Source of the DNA: Gemmatimonadota bacterium | GTDB lineage: Bacteria > Gemmatimonadota > Gemmatimonadetes > Gemmatimonadales > Gemmatimonadaceae | NCBI GenBank assembly: GCA_028287345.1 | Contig: JAQBPV010000218.1 | Coordinates: 13,681-77,680, forward strand | DNA: 64,000 nucleotides | Direction: 5' to 3' | In this document: positions 27,001 to 36,142 of the stretch, one piece after another | Position numbering within the stretch: the first letter of the stretch is position 1 | Layout: the number at the start of each line of letters is the position of its first letter | Position numbers and translations under genes: made by a program | The notes under the pieces: generated by a model | Database searches by the model: none | Told to the model about the DNA's origin: nothing | What the model saw: only the letters and a program-made list of their open reading frames with translations

Positions 27001-27215
27001 TTGCATCCGGTGCGGGCGCAGAGATGCGACATGCGATGGGCGTCGCCGTTTTCTCGGGGATGCTCGGGGTCAGCTTCTTCGGCCTTTTCCTCACGCCGGT
27101 CTTCTTCGTCGTCATTCGGGCCATTGCTGAACGGGTCGCCTCGCCTGTCGCGACGACACAGTCGCGCGATCCGATGCCTCCGACGACCGCCCATTCACAC
27201 GCGGGAGACGACTGA
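24006..27215 (+). CDS. RND multidrug efflux permease (AcrB/MexB family)
   Basis: 1069 aa. MGLSRFFIDRPIFAGVVSIVI..., 12-TM architecture, VGIVVDDAIVVVENVERH motif. Confidence 0.95.
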   Translation: MGLSRFFIDRPIFAGVVSIVIVLAGALAIAVLPVSEYPEVTPPTIQVIAAYPGASPSVLAATVATPLEEQINGVDNMLYMSSQSQPNGNLALSVTFKIGTNPDIAQVQVQNRVSQALPRLPDVVRALGVTTVKTSPDFMMGISLFSPNGRYDALYLRNYATLQLKDGLTRIPGVGQATVFGAGDYAMRVWLDPTQLASRGLMASDVVNAIREQNVQVAGGIIGAQPVAIPTAFQLIVNVHGRLESEEEFGDIIVRTDAAGRTTHLRDVARVQLGAGDYSVRSALDNKQSSTIGIFQAPGSNQLALAHAIEAKMRELKQDFPPGLDYSIAYNTTTVVEESIADVVRTLLIAIGLVAIVVVVFLQTWRASLIPLAAVPVSIIGTFAVMLVAGFAINTLTLFGLVLAVGIVVDDAIVVVENVERHIEAGLTPREASRAAMDEVSGPIIAIGLVLCAVFVPMAFISGLSGQFYRQFALTIAFSTVISAFNSLTLSPALAALLLRPRDAEPDRLTRIIDAAAGWFFRPFNRGFVAATRRYEEGVRRLIQHKGAPLAVYAVLLVLTVVAFRRVPAGFVPTQDKQYLIAVAQLPNGASLDRTDEVLHRMTSIGLAHPGVAHAFSITGLSINAFASLPNAGAIFFILKPFSERKGKGMYGLDIAQTLNQQLAAIPGAFIAVFPPPAVSGLGPVGGFKLEIEDRAGVGSAGLYQATQAMMGRAYQTPALAGVFSTYEINVPQLFVDVDRAKAKREGVALRDLFETLQANLGSEYVNDFNKFGRTYQVVAQADASHRAVPEDITQLKVRNAYGVMVPVGTIATVRQTFGPALVGHYNGFPAADVSGNAAPGIASGEAQAAIAKIATEVLPNGVGFEWTDLAYQQIVAGSSAALIFPLSVLLAFLVLAAQYESWTLPLAVILIVPMSILCALTGVLLTHGDKNVFVEVGLVVLLGLACKNAILIVQFAHERQEAAGADRVSAALDAARLRLRPILMTSFAFIMGVVPLVFASGAGAEMRHAMGVAVFSGMLGVSFFGLFLTPVFFVVIRAIAERVASPVATTQSRDPMPPTTAHSHAGDD

Positions 27216-28537
27216 TGCTGCTTGCCTCTCTCGGGCTGATGGCGCTTCAGGCCGTGAGCGTGTCCGGGACCCAACCCGATTCGATCCCGACGATCAGCCT
27301 CGCCGAGGCCATTCGGCGCGCCTACGACATCTCGCCGGCGACGGTCACTGCGCGCGGACAGCTCGGGACGATCATCTGGGCTCGGCGCGCGGCGGTAGCC
27401 GCCCTCTTCACTCCATCACTGACGGTCGGTGGCAACGTCAACTCGCTCTCGCCACCTGTCGTCAATTTCAATGTGCTCCCGCCCGGCGGTGCGTTCACCG
27501 CACTCTCTCCCACTTCTCACACCACCGACGGGAACATTCAGGTCGCGTATACGTTCTTCGCGGGAGGGCAGAGCCTCTTCCGCCTGAGAGCTGCGCGCGC
27601 AGGCGAGTCGGCGGCGCGCGCCAATGATGACGCCGTTCACTCGTCGACGCGCGTCGAGGTCGAGACGGTGTACTACGCCGTCGTCGCCGATCAGGAGCTG
27701 CTTCGAGTGGCCGAGGAGCAGGTGCAAACCCTCACCGAACAACTGGCGATCTCGCGCGCCCGCGTTCGCGCCGGCGCCGCGGCCCAGACGGACTCACTGC
27801 AAGTGTTGTTACAGCTCACGACCGCCCGCGTGTCCTTGCTGCGCCAGCATGTCACGGTGGACGTCGACCGCCTCGCGCTCGGCCGACGTATCGGACTGAG
27901 CACGCCGGTGGGTGCACAGCCGCTCGACACGCTGCCTGCGCCGCCGCTTCCATTGTCCCTGAATGAGGCGGTCAACATGGCGCTCGCCTCGGGGCCCGCG
28001 TACCTGCGCGCCAGGGCCGGCGAGCGCGCGGTGACGGCGCAACTCGCGGTCCAGGTGGGAGGCTTCATCCCATCACTCACCCTGAGCGCTACACGGTTTG
28101 CGTACGGTGACGCACTACCCCCAAACAAACTCTATCGAAACCAGTTCTCCGTCGGTCTCTCGTTCCCGATTCTCGATCAGGGTGTGCGAGAAGCAGGACT
28201 TGTGTCGGCGCGCGCGTCCGCCGACAGCGCACGTGCCGCACGTGCCGACCTGGAGCGCGGAGCAGCGCAGGACGTCACGAGCGCATACGAGGCGTACAAC
28301 ACGGCGCGCACGACGGTCGACATGGAACAATTATCGGTCCTCGTCGCGCGGGAGAACCTGCGCGTGGCAACGCTGCGGTATCGAACCGGCGCCGAGAATA
28401 TCCTCAACCTGCTGACCGCTCAGGTCGCGCTGACGCAGGCGGAGTCCGACCTCGTGTCGGCGCGAAGGAACACCCGCCTCGCGCTCGCCTCTCTCCAGTC
28501 ACTCACGGGGAAGACACTCATACCGGGGGAACACTGA
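27215..28537 (+). CDS. Outer-membrane efflux protein (TolC/OprM-like)
   Basis: Start overlaps the permease stop (TGATG). Two OEP repeats with coiled-coil segments. 440 aa. Confidence 0.8.
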   Translation: MLLASLGLMALQAVSVSGTQPDSIPTISLAEAIRRAYDISPATVTARGQLGTIIWARRAAVAALFTPSLTVGGNVNSLSPPVVNFNVLPPGGAFTALSPTSHTTDGNIQVAYTFFAGGQSLFRLRAARAGESAARANDDAVHSSTRVEVETVYYAVVADQELLRVAEEQVQTLTEQLAISRARVRAGAAAQTDSLQVLLQLTTARVSLLRQHVTVDVDRLALGRRIGLSTPVGAQPLDTLPAPPLPLSLNEAVNMALASGPAYLRARAGERAVTAQLAVQVGGFIPSLTLSATRFAYGDALPPNKLYRNQFSVGLSFPILDQGVREAGLVSARASADSARAARADLERGAAQDVTSAYEAYNTARTTVDMEQLSVLVARENLRVATLRYRTGAENILNLLTAQVALTQAESDLVSARRNTRLALASLQSLTGKTLIPGEH

Positions 28538-28538
28538 A

Positions 28539-29270
28539 GTGAGATATCACCCCAGCCGCGCCGTCGCGATGACTTTGCTGATGACATTGCTCGGTGTCGC
28601 AACAGAAGCGCGGGCCCAGAGCCTAACACCGCTCGAAACGCATCTCAAGCCAGGCGAAACCGCAATCATCCTCGTCGACTTCCAGTATCCGTTCACTAAC
28701 CCCGCAGGTGACAGCTACGCCGTCGTAAAAAAGGACATTCAAGGCGGGATGCTCGATCGGACTGTCGCGTTAGTCAAGAGAGCGCGTGAGTTGGGCGTGT
28801 GGGTCGTCCACGTCACCGAGGGCTACACGAAGGACTATCGCGAACTCGATCCCACGAATCCCGGCGGGTTTCATCGGTTCGGCATTCAAGCGCAGGGCTT
28901 CAAGACCGGGACGCCGAAGGCAGCGGAATATCCTCCGCTTGCCCCCGGACCAAATGACAAAGACCTGATCATGGCACCGCGCATCCAGAGTTCGGCTTTT
29001 GGCGGTACCGGCTTGAATGAGATTCTGCGCTCACGCGGGATCAAGAACATCGCCGTTGCCGGATTCACCGTCGACGTATGCGACTACGCGACTGTGACAG
29101 CCGGCTATGATCTCGGGTACCACGTCTATGCGCTGAAGGAATCCATGGCGGCGTACACGCAACCCCTGTCCGGCATGATGCTGAACAGCGTGTACACTCT
29201 GTGGTCGAAAGTTCTCAGCAATGACGACTTCATCGTCATGGTGTCGCCACCGAAAAGCGCAAACCGGTAG
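28539..29270 (+). CDS. Secreted isochorismatase-family cysteine hydrolase
   Basis: GTG 1 nt after the OMF stop. Signal peptide AMTLLMTLLGVATEARAQ. ILVDFQ...VAGFTVDVCD (Asp/Lys/Cys triad pattern). Confidence 0.75.
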   Translation: MRYHPSRAVAMTLLMTLLGVATEARAQSLTPLETHLKPGETAIILVDFQYPFTNPAGDSYAVVKKDIQGGMLDRTVALVKRARELGVWVVHVTEGYTKDYRELDPTNPGGFHRFGIQAQGFKTGTPKAAEYPPLAPGPNDKDLIMAPRIQSSAFGGTGLNEILRSRGIKNIAVAGFTVDVCDYATVTAGYDLGYHVYALKESMAAYTQPLSGMMLNSVYTLWSKVLSNDDFIVMVSPPKSANR

Positions 29271-29321
29271 CCCGTCCTCCAGCCATGCGCGACGAGTAAG
29301 CTCTCAGAGCGTACCAAGCTC

Positions 29322-29385
29322 TATAACGTTTGGCTGATATCCATCTATGCGCCCAGCCAGACGCGCTCGTACCTGGCTGACCATA
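29322..29385 (+). promoter_or_regulatory. Conserved intergenic element, copy C (partial)
   Basis: TATAACGTTTGGCTGATA (TATA-N10-GATA), then ATCTAT...GCCAGACGCGC, collinear with copies A, B and D. Ends just before the oxidoreductase start. Confidence 0.4.
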
Positions 29386-29387
29386 GG

Positions 29388-31997
29388 TTGGCCGAAATGC
29401 TAGAGCTCAACGTCAATCAGGCCACTGTATCGGTGGACGAGCGCTTCGAGAAGACCCCTCTGTTATGGGCGCTGAGGGATGTCCTGGGCCTGCGCGGGAC
29501 CAAGTTCGGCTGCGGTGCGGGATTCTGTGCGGCGTGTACGGTGCTCATTGATGGCAAGGCCACGAAGTCTTGTCAGGTCCCGGTTGGTCGCGCGGTTGGA
29601 AAAGCGATCGTCACCGTGGAGGGGATTTCCGGTGCGGCCGTCGATGCTGTGCGCACAGCGTGGTATACGGGCAATGTCGTGCAGTGCGGCTATTGTCAGC
29701 CTGGCCAGACCCTGGCCGCCACTTCGTTATTGACCGCCAATCCCGCTCCGGATGACGAAGCGATAAACGAAGCCATGAATGGGAATCTCTGCCGCTGCGG
29801 GACGTATCCGCGGATTCGGAGCGCTATCCATCATGCGTCCGGCATCCTCGCGAACGGCACGTCCTCGGCACTGCCGCAGGTAAACGAATCGCCGGTTCCG
29901 CCACTGCTGGACAGTGAGCTCGGTGACCCGGTCCATCCATACATCAAGATCACGGCGCACGGGCGCGTGCTCGTCAGGTCAAGCCAGATCGAGATGGGAC
30001 AAGGCATCAATACGGGTTTGACCACGCTCATCGCCGAGGAACTGGACGTGGCGCCGGAGGTGGTTCAGGTGACGCAGGCATCTGGCGGAGCGACAGAGGC
30101 TGGTCCGGTATACGGCAACTTGATGATGGCCAATCTGACGCAGCTGACGGGTGGTTCGACGTCGACTCAAACTTTTTGGGCTCGGTACCGTGCTGTTGCA
30201 GCAATGGCGAGAGCGCGACTGCTCGCAGCGGCTTCCGAACGGCTTGGCGTGCCGGTCGGGGAGCTGCATGTCGACGTGGGAATCATCAGCGCTCCTGATG
30301 GCCGTCACGTCAGTTTCGGTGACGTCGCCCAGAGGGCCGAGCAAATGCCGGTGCCGACCGGCACCGCGCCAAAAGAGCCGTCGCAGTACAGGCTGATCGG
30401 GCATAGCGATCTGCGTCGCGTCGAAAGCGCGGCAAAGATCCTGGGGAAGACCCACTATACGATTGACATCGCACCGCCGCATGTGCGCACTGCCGTCGTG
30501 CTCCATGCGCCCCGGTTCGGGGCTAAGGTCCTCACCGTCGATGACAAAGCCGCACTCTCCCTTCCTGGCGTCGTGGCTGTCGTGCCGATCAGCAACGGCA
30601 TCGGCGTCGTGGGCGAGACGTTCGACGACGCACAGCGCGGGTTGCGGGCACTGACGGTTACGTGGGACGATGCATCGGCCGAGACCCGCAGCTCGGAGCA
30701 GCTCGCCGCTGAGCATCGTCGCATCCTGGAAAGCGGCGATGGAATGTTGGTCGCCCGCGACCAGGGCGACGTCACGGTCGAACTGGCGAGAGCGGCATAT
30801 TCCGTCGACGCGGTATACGAGCAGCCGTTTCTCGCACATGCCGCAATGGAGCCGAACAACGCCGTCTGTCAGATGCGAGAGGACGGACGCCTCGACGTGT
30901 GGGCATCCACACAAGGGCCCGAGTACACGGCCATGGCAGCATCCGTCGCATCCGGCCTGCCGCGTGATCGCATCGATGTGCACGTGACGTTGGCGGGTGG
31001 CGCGTTCGGTCTTCACTCGAGCCACGGCAGCGATCCCTCGAGCGAGGCAGTGGAGATCGCCCGCGCCATGCGCTGGGAGCACGCGATCAAGGTACAGTCG
31101 CTTCGCGAAGAGGACTTCAAGAGCGGCCGCTTTCGCCCGATGTCAGCGCAGCGAGTCCGCGCCGGAACAGACGCGCAGGGTGCCGTCACCGCATTTCATC
31201 ATGAATTGGCGGCCAAGCCGACCGGAAGTGAACTACCGATCGTCAGCAACATCCTGGTGCAAAATGGCGTGGATTTCCTGACTGTGACCGGGGCCGTGGA
31301 TCCTCCGTACGCCATTCCCAACATGCGCGTTCGCGTGGCCAACGTCACCCACGGCGTACCAGTGATGACCATGAGATCCGTGGGCAACTCGCCCTCGGAG
31401 TTTGCAAGAGAGAGCGCCGTTGATGAGCTGGCGCTTGCGGCGAACATGGATCCCGTCGCGATCCGCCGACGCATGCTCTCTGACAATCCGCGGACGTTGC
31501 AGGCACTCAACATGGTGGCTGACATCATCGGGTGGCGGCCGGACACCGCACGTGGGCGAGGAATTGGCTTCGCCTGTTCCGATGGGCTCAAGAGCCACTC
31601 CGCGGCCGCCGTCGAGGTGACCGTAGACGCACAACAACGCATCCACGTCGAGCGCGTCGTGTTCGCGCTCGATTGCGGAATCAAGCTCACTCCTGATTTG
31701 GTGCGCGCTCAGGTCGAGGGTGGGATTCTGTTCGGGCTCAGCGCCGCCCTCTGGGGCGAAATCATTCTTGGCGACGGTGGCGAGATCGTGACCAGGAACT
31801 TCGACCGCTATCAGCTGATGCGCATGCGGACGACTCCTACCATCGACGTGCATCTCATTGAGTCGACGGAGGAACCGGGGGGCGTCGGCGAAGTGAGCGT
31901 TCCGTTGGTGGCGCCTGCGGTGGCCAATGCCGTGTTCAATCTCACTGGTGTCCGGATTCGCCGGCTGCCAATCAACAAGACACTTCGCGTGCACTGA
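29388..31997 (+). CDS. Fused (2Fe-2S)-binding + molybdopterin-dependent oxidoreductase (IorA-IorB / aldehyde oxidase family)
   Basis: N-terminal Cys clusters: GCGAGFCAACTV, CGYCQPGQ, NLCRCGTYPRI. These are followed without a stop by ~700 aa of IorB-like Mo-binding subunit. TTG 29388 or ATG 29397 are both possible starts. Confidence 0.85.
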   Translation: MAEMLELNVNQATVSVDERFEKTPLLWALRDVLGLRGTKFGCGAGFCAACTVLIDGKATKSCQVPVGRAVGKAIVTVEGISGAAVDAVRTAWYTGNVVQCGYCQPGQTLAATSLLTANPAPDDEAINEAMNGNLCRCGTYPRIRSAIHHASGILANGTSSALPQVNESPVPPLLDSELGDPVHPYIKITAHGRVLVRSSQIEMGQGINTGLTTLIAEELDVAPEVVQVTQASGGATEAGPVYGNLMMANLTQLTGGSTSTQTFWARYRAVAAMARARLLAAASERLGVPVGELHVDVGIISAPDGRHVSFGDVAQRAEQMPVPTGTAPKEPSQYRLIGHSDLRRVESAAKILGKTHYTIDIAPPHVRTAVVLHAPRFGAKVLTVDDKAALSLPGVVAVVPISNGIGVVGETFDDAQRGLRALTVTWDDASAETRSSEQLAAEHRRILESGDGMLVARDQGDVTVELARAAYSVDAVYEQPFLAHAAMEPNNAVCQMREDGRLDVWASTQGPEYTAMAASVASGLPRDRIDVHVTLAGGAFGLHSSHGSDPSSEAVEIARAMRWEHAIKVQSLREEDFKSGRFRPMSAQRVRAGTDAQGAVTAFHHELAAKPTGSELPIVSNILVQNGVDFLTVTGAVDPPYAIPNMRVRVANVTHGVPVMTMRSVGNSPSEFARESAVDELALAANMDPVAIRRRMLSDNPRTLQALNMVADIIGWRPDTARGRGIGFACSDGLKSHSAAAVEVTVDAQQRIHVERVVFALDCGIKLTPDLVRAQVEGGILFGLSAALWGEIILGDGGEIVTRNFDRYQLMRMRTTPTIDVHLIESTEEPGGVGEVSVPLVAPAVANAVFNLTGVRIRRLPINKTLRVH

Positions 31998-32008
31998 AAG
32001 GAAAACCC

Positions 32009-32206
32009 ATGGCAGACGTGACGATTGTTCCCACTGAAAACGGCCCGTACGTGGTAACCGGTCCGGTCAAATTGATGGCGCCTGACGGCCGAGTCATCGA
32101 TCACGACGACCCAATGGCAATGTGCCGATGTGGCCACTCGAGTAACAAGCCGTTCTGCGACGGCACGCACGCCACGATCGACTTCGATGGCAAGCTCGCG
32201 GTCTGA
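32009..32206 (+). CDS. CDGSH iron-sulfur domain protein
   Basis: 65 aa with CRCGHSSNKPFCDGTH (CDGSH-type 2Fe-2S motif). Starts 11 nt after the oxidoreductase stop, with an RBS-like GAAAGGAAA. Confidence 0.8.
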   Translation: MADVTIVPTENGPYVVTGPVKLMAPDGRVIDHDDPMAMCRCGHSSNKPFCDGTHATIDFDGKLAV

Positions 32207-32238
32207 CACGCGACGTTGAGCGGCAGGCGCAGTAGCTG

Positions 32239-32330
32239 TATCCCAATAGTCTGATAGCGATCTATCGACCTCGCCAGACGCGCGCGCATTGGGCTGAGCG
32301 TACCATTCGCGGCGCACTACCATCACCACA
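32239..32330 (+). promoter_or_regulatory. Conserved intergenic element, copy B
   Basis: TATCCCAATAGTCTGATA at 32239-32256, then ATCTATCGACCTCGCCAGACGCGCGCGCAT...GCGTACCATTCGCGGCGC...CATCACCAC. About 75-80% identical by eye to copy A. Confidence 0.5.
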
Positions 32331-32350
32331 GCGAACGAGGAGAACGACAC

Positions 32351-33016
32351 GTGTCTGCCGCAGCGAAGCAACCGTCATACACCGGTCTAGACGCACTTCT
32401 CACTCCCGAAGACTGCGCGCTGCTCCTGATCGATCATCAGGGCGCCCAGTTCGCCAATCTCCACAGTCATGAGCCGCAGCTCATTGTGAACAACGTGGTC
32501 GCACTGGCAAAGACGGCGAAGCTCCTAGGCGTGCCCACGGTTCTGACCACAGTCGTGGCGGCGCGCAGCGGCAACATCATCGGTGGCATTCACGACGTCT
32601 TTCCCGACCAGCCGCCGATCGACCGCACGTTCATCAACGCGTGGCAAGACGCGCAGTTCGTGAACGCCGTCAAGAAGACCGGGCGCAAAAAGTTGATCAT
32701 GGCTGGTCTGTGGACGGAAGTCTGTGTCGCAATGCCTGCGATACAGGCACAGGGGGAAGGCTACGACGTCTATGTGGTCTCGGATGCGTCGGGCGGCGTG
32801 TCGGTCGAAGCACACGCCATGTCGATGGACCGGATGATCCAGGCCGGAATCAAGCCAATCACCTGGCTCGCCGTGCTCTGCGAGTGGCAGCGTGATTGGG
32901 CCGCACGCCCGGACACGATGGGTCAGCTGACGGGCATTCTGATCGAGCACGGTGGCAGCTCGGGCGCGGCGTTCGCCTGGGGCTACCAACTACTGGCCAG
33001 CGCTGGCAAAGCCTAG
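32351..33016 (+). CDS. Isochorismatase-family hydrolase (YcaC-like)
   Basis: GTG start with GAGGAG upstream. LLLIDHQ, GLWTEVCVAMPAI, YVVSDASGG. Confidence 0.8.
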   Translation: MSAAAKQPSYTGLDALLTPEDCALLLIDHQGAQFANLHSHEPQLIVNNVVALAKTAKLLGVPTVLTTVVAARSGNIIGGIHDVFPDQPPIDRTFINAWQDAQFVNAVKKTGRKKLIMAGLWTEVCVAMPAIQAQGEGYDVYVVSDASGGVSVEAHAMSMDRMIQAGIKPITWLAVLCEWQRDWAARPDTMGQLTGILIEHGGSSGAAFAWGYQLLASAGKA

Positions 33017-33085
33017 CTCGGGAGAGTTCCCCCGTGGCTACGCTGACCCAGAGGAGACATGCGACGCAAGCAAAGGAGAATCGCC

Positions 33086-34636
33086 ATGCATGACAAGCAG
33101 CAAATACACTACGACTACATCGTTGTCGGGGCAGGACCGGCGGGCTCCGTGCTGGCAGATGCACTATCCGCATCCGGCGCCACCGTGATTGTCGTCGAGT
33201 CTGGGGGACTCGACGAAGCGCCAACCATCGCGAATCCAAGTCTGTGGTTCACCAATGTCGGCGGGCCGATGGATTACAACCTGCCCATCACGCCATCGCC
33301 CCGACTGAACAACCGCAAGCTCACCATGGCCCTTGGCCACGTGTTGGGCGGCGGCAGCAGCATCAACGCAATGGTGTGGACTCGCGGCATGCAGCGAGAC
33401 TACGACGAGTGGGCGAAGGACGGAGCAAAGGGCTGGACCTTCGCAGACGTGCTTCCGGTCTTCAAGCAATTGGAAGATTGGGAGGCCGGCGCGAACGAGT
33501 GGCGCGGCGCAGGCGGCCCGATACACATCCGTCGGCCCAGGGACCCACATCCCACGGCGCCGGCATTCATAGAAGCGGCACGGCAGATGGGCATGCCCAT
33601 CCTGGACGACATGAATGGGCCAATGCGTCCCGGCGCCGGCTACATCAACATGAACATCGACGCCGATGGAACGCGCGTGAGCGCCGCCCGTGCCTTTCTG
33701 CACCCGGCGCTCTCGAGGCCGAACCTGACGGTGCTCCACGGCACCGACGTGATCAGGTTGAACTTCGTTGGAATGCGGTGTGTCGGCGTCAAGGCAACGA
33801 CCGGCGGGATGATCAACGACATCGCGGCGGACAAGGAAGTGATCCTTGCTGCCGGAGCGATTGCGAGCCCGAAGCTACTGATGCTCTCCGGTATCGGAGA
33901 TGCGACCGCGCTTCGCGGTCTTGGCATTGACGTCGTCCAAAACCTGCCGGGAGTTGGTCTAAACCTGCAGGACCACGTACTGGTCTCCGGAGTCGTCTTC
34001 CAGTACCAGGGCCGGATGCCGGATCGGCCCATCGACAGCAATGCCGTCGAAGCGGAAGCGTACCTGTCCGCCGATGCTTCCAGCGACGCCGACATCGACA
34101 CTGTCCTCGTACTCGAGCAACTGCCAGCGCTCACCCCTGAGGCGGCTGCGCGCTTTGGAACTCCTCCGGCCGACGCGTTCACCATCGCGCCCGGTCTCGT
34201 GCAACCGACGAGCCGAGGATCGGTCCGCCTAGTGAGCGACCGCTTCCAGGATGCGGCGGTCATCGACGGAAACTATCTCGCGTCGGAGAGCGATTTCGCG
34301 GCGATCGTTCGGGCCATCGAAGCCGCGCGCGAGCTCGGGAATCAGCGTGCCTTCGACAGTGTGCGCGCGCGCGAACTCGTCCCCGGGCCCAAGGCCACTG
34401 CTGAGGGGATCCGTGAGCTCGCTCGACTTGGTGCAGCGAGTTTTGGTCACCCCGTGGGAACGTGCAGGATCGGCGCAGACGCGCTCGCAGTCGTCGACCC
34501 GGAGTTGCGCGTCCACGGCATCGATGGGTTGCGCGTCGCGGACGCCTCCGTGATGCCCCGGATCATTCGTGGACCAGGGACAAACGCGGCAAGCCACATG
34601 ATCGGCGGCCGAGCAGCGCAGTTGGTTCTTCGCTGA
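33086..34636 (+). CDS. GMC-family FAD oxidoreductase (choline dehydrogenase-like)
   Basis: ATG 33086 with AAGGAGA upstream. YDYIVVGAGPAGSVLA (FAD fold). C-terminal HPVGTCRIG...RVADASVMP. Confidence 0.9.
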   Translation: MHDKQQIHYDYIVVGAGPAGSVLADALSASGATVIVVESGGLDEAPTIANPSLWFTNVGGPMDYNLPITPSPRLNNRKLTMALGHVLGGGSSINAMVWTRGMQRDYDEWAKDGAKGWTFADVLPVFKQLEDWEAGANEWRGAGGPIHIRRPRDPHPTAPAFIEAARQMGMPILDDMNGPMRPGAGYINMNIDADGTRVSAARAFLHPALSRPNLTVLHGTDVIRLNFVGMRCVGVKATTGGMINDIAADKEVILAAGAIASPKLLMLSGIGDATALRGLGIDVVQNLPGVGLNLQDHVLVSGVVFQYQGRMPDRPIDSNAVEAEAYLSADASSDADIDTVLVLEQLPALTPEAAARFGTPPADAFTIAPGLVQPTSRGSVRLVSDRFQDAAVIDGNYLASESDFAAIVRAIEAARELGNQRAFDSVRARELVPGPKATAEGIRELARLGAASFGHPVGTCRIGADALAVVDPELRVHGIDGLRVADASVMPRIIRGPGTNAASHMIGGRAAQLVLR

Positions 34637-34662
34637 ATCACGCGTCACCGAAGGTGGAGACG

Positions 34663-35646
34663 ATGCAACAATCACAGGAGTTGGAAACGATGCAACAGGA
34701 AATCTCCAGTGACGCCTTTTCGAAGGCTCCGTGGATGTCGGTGCATCCACTCAGCCAGGGCGATGCTGTCGCAGCAGCCGCACTGCGCACTGCCGTCGCA
34801 GCATTCAAGGGCCAGCTCGCGGGAACTGCTGCCCGCACTCCGTTCGACGCGACCATGGAGCGAGTCGCTGCTCCCGCGAACGTGACCTTCGAAGCCGATA
34901 CCGTCGGAGGGATCTCCGGCTTGTGGGCGAGACCGACGCGGTCGCGGAAAGGCGCAGCGATCCTTCATGCGCATGGCGGTTGGTTCAACCTGGGAAGCGC
35001 CCATGCATACAGGAATTTCGTCGGCCAAATCGCCGCGAGCGCGGGAGTCGATGCCTTCATTCCCGAATATCGGCTCGCTCCGGAGCACCTCTTTCCTGCG
35101 GCCGTCACTGACGTCGAGACGTGCTATCGCGGACTGGCCGCCAAGGGAATCAAGAAGATCGCCGTCACCGGCGACTCGGCCGGAGGCGATTTGGCCCTCG
35201 TTCTTCTCACCATGACCTCAGCGCATGGCTACAAGGGCGGCATCGCCCCCGTCGGCGCGGTGGCGATTTCGCCGGTGACCGACCTCGCCATGACCGGAGA
35301 GAGCTATGAGACGCGCGCAGAAGCAGATCCGTTCTTCGCTAAGGCACAGGTTGCCGGACTGATCGCCTCGTACTTGGGTGAGACCGACGCGAAGAACCCG
35401 GTGGCGTCGGCCCTGTACGGGGAGTTGAAGGGGCTGCCTCCAATCCGCGTTCACGTGGGAGACGACGAGCTGTTGCTCGACGATTCACGCCGCTACGTGA
35501 AGCGCGCCGTCGCAGCGGGGGTAGACGCCGAGGTGGATGTGTGGATGGGAATGCCGCACGGATTCGTGGCCTACACGCGCGAGTTCGATGCGGCGCGACA
35601 GGCACTCAGTGCGATCGGAGTCTTTCTGAACCAGCGCTTCTTGTAA
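34663..35646 (+). CDS. Alpha/beta hydrolase (HSL-type esterase/lipase)
   Basis: ATG 34663 with GGTGGAGA upstream. HAHGGWF (HGG oxyanion motif), GDSAGG nucleophile elbow. The ORF-track start at 34462 overlaps the GMC gene. Confidence 0.8.
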   Translation: MQQSQELETMQQEISSDAFSKAPWMSVHPLSQGDAVAAAALRTAVAAFKGQLAGTAARTPFDATMERVAAPANVTFEADTVGGISGLWARPTRSRKGAAILHAHGGWFNLGSAHAYRNFVGQIAASAGVDAFIPEYRLAPEHLFPAAVTDVETCYRGLAAKGIKKIAVTGDSAGGDLALVLLTMTSAHGYKGGIAPVGAVAISPVTDLAMTGESYETRAEADPFFAKAQVAGLIASYLGETDAKNPVASALYGELKGLPPIRVHVGDDELLLDDSRRYVKRAVAAGVDAEVDVWMGMPHGFVAYTREFDAARQALSAIGVFLNQRFL

Positions 35647-35712
35647 TCGGCGTCGCACTTCGCACGGCGCACCGTCCGAGCTGCACACAACGCGAACTTG
35701 AGGAAATATGTG

Positions 35713-36126
35713 ATGAGTGAAAACACCCTTCGGGCGACGCGCATTTTCCCAGTAACGCCAGTAGCGGCAGTGGTCGGCGCGACGGCGGCGGCCATCGCGA
35801 TCTGGGCCGTGGCAACAACGGCGGGCGCTGAGCTGACCGTCAGTTTCGGACCCGGCCAACCGATCCAGAAGATCACGATAGTCAACGTCGTGATAGCGGC
35901 GTTGGTGGGGTCGCTGGCCGGCTGGGGTTTCCTCATCCTGCTTCGCGCATTCACGGCCAAGGCCCGTGCGATCTGGACCGTCACCGCGATAGTCGCCGCG
36001 CTGCTGTCGTTGGCGGGGCCGTTATCGGCGATCGCGTCTGCCGGCACCAAGGCATCGCTGGTCGCGATGCACCTGGCCGTCGCGACGGTGCTGATCGTCG
36101 TCCTGCGACGGACCACACCCACGTGA
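35713..36126 (+). CDS. Small integral membrane protein (4 TM, DUF6069-like)
   Basis: Four hydrophobic segments. The competing 279-aa antisense ORF is Arg/Ala-rich and not protein-like. Confidence 0.55.
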   Translation: MSENTLRATRIFPVTPVAAVVGATAAAIAIWAVATTAGAELTVSFGPGQPIQKITIVNVVIAALVGSLAGWGFLILLRAFTAKARAIWTVTAIVAALLSLAGPLSAIASAGTKASLVAMHLAVATVLIVVLRRTTPT

Positions 36127-36142
36127 TGAAGGGGAGAGCGAT

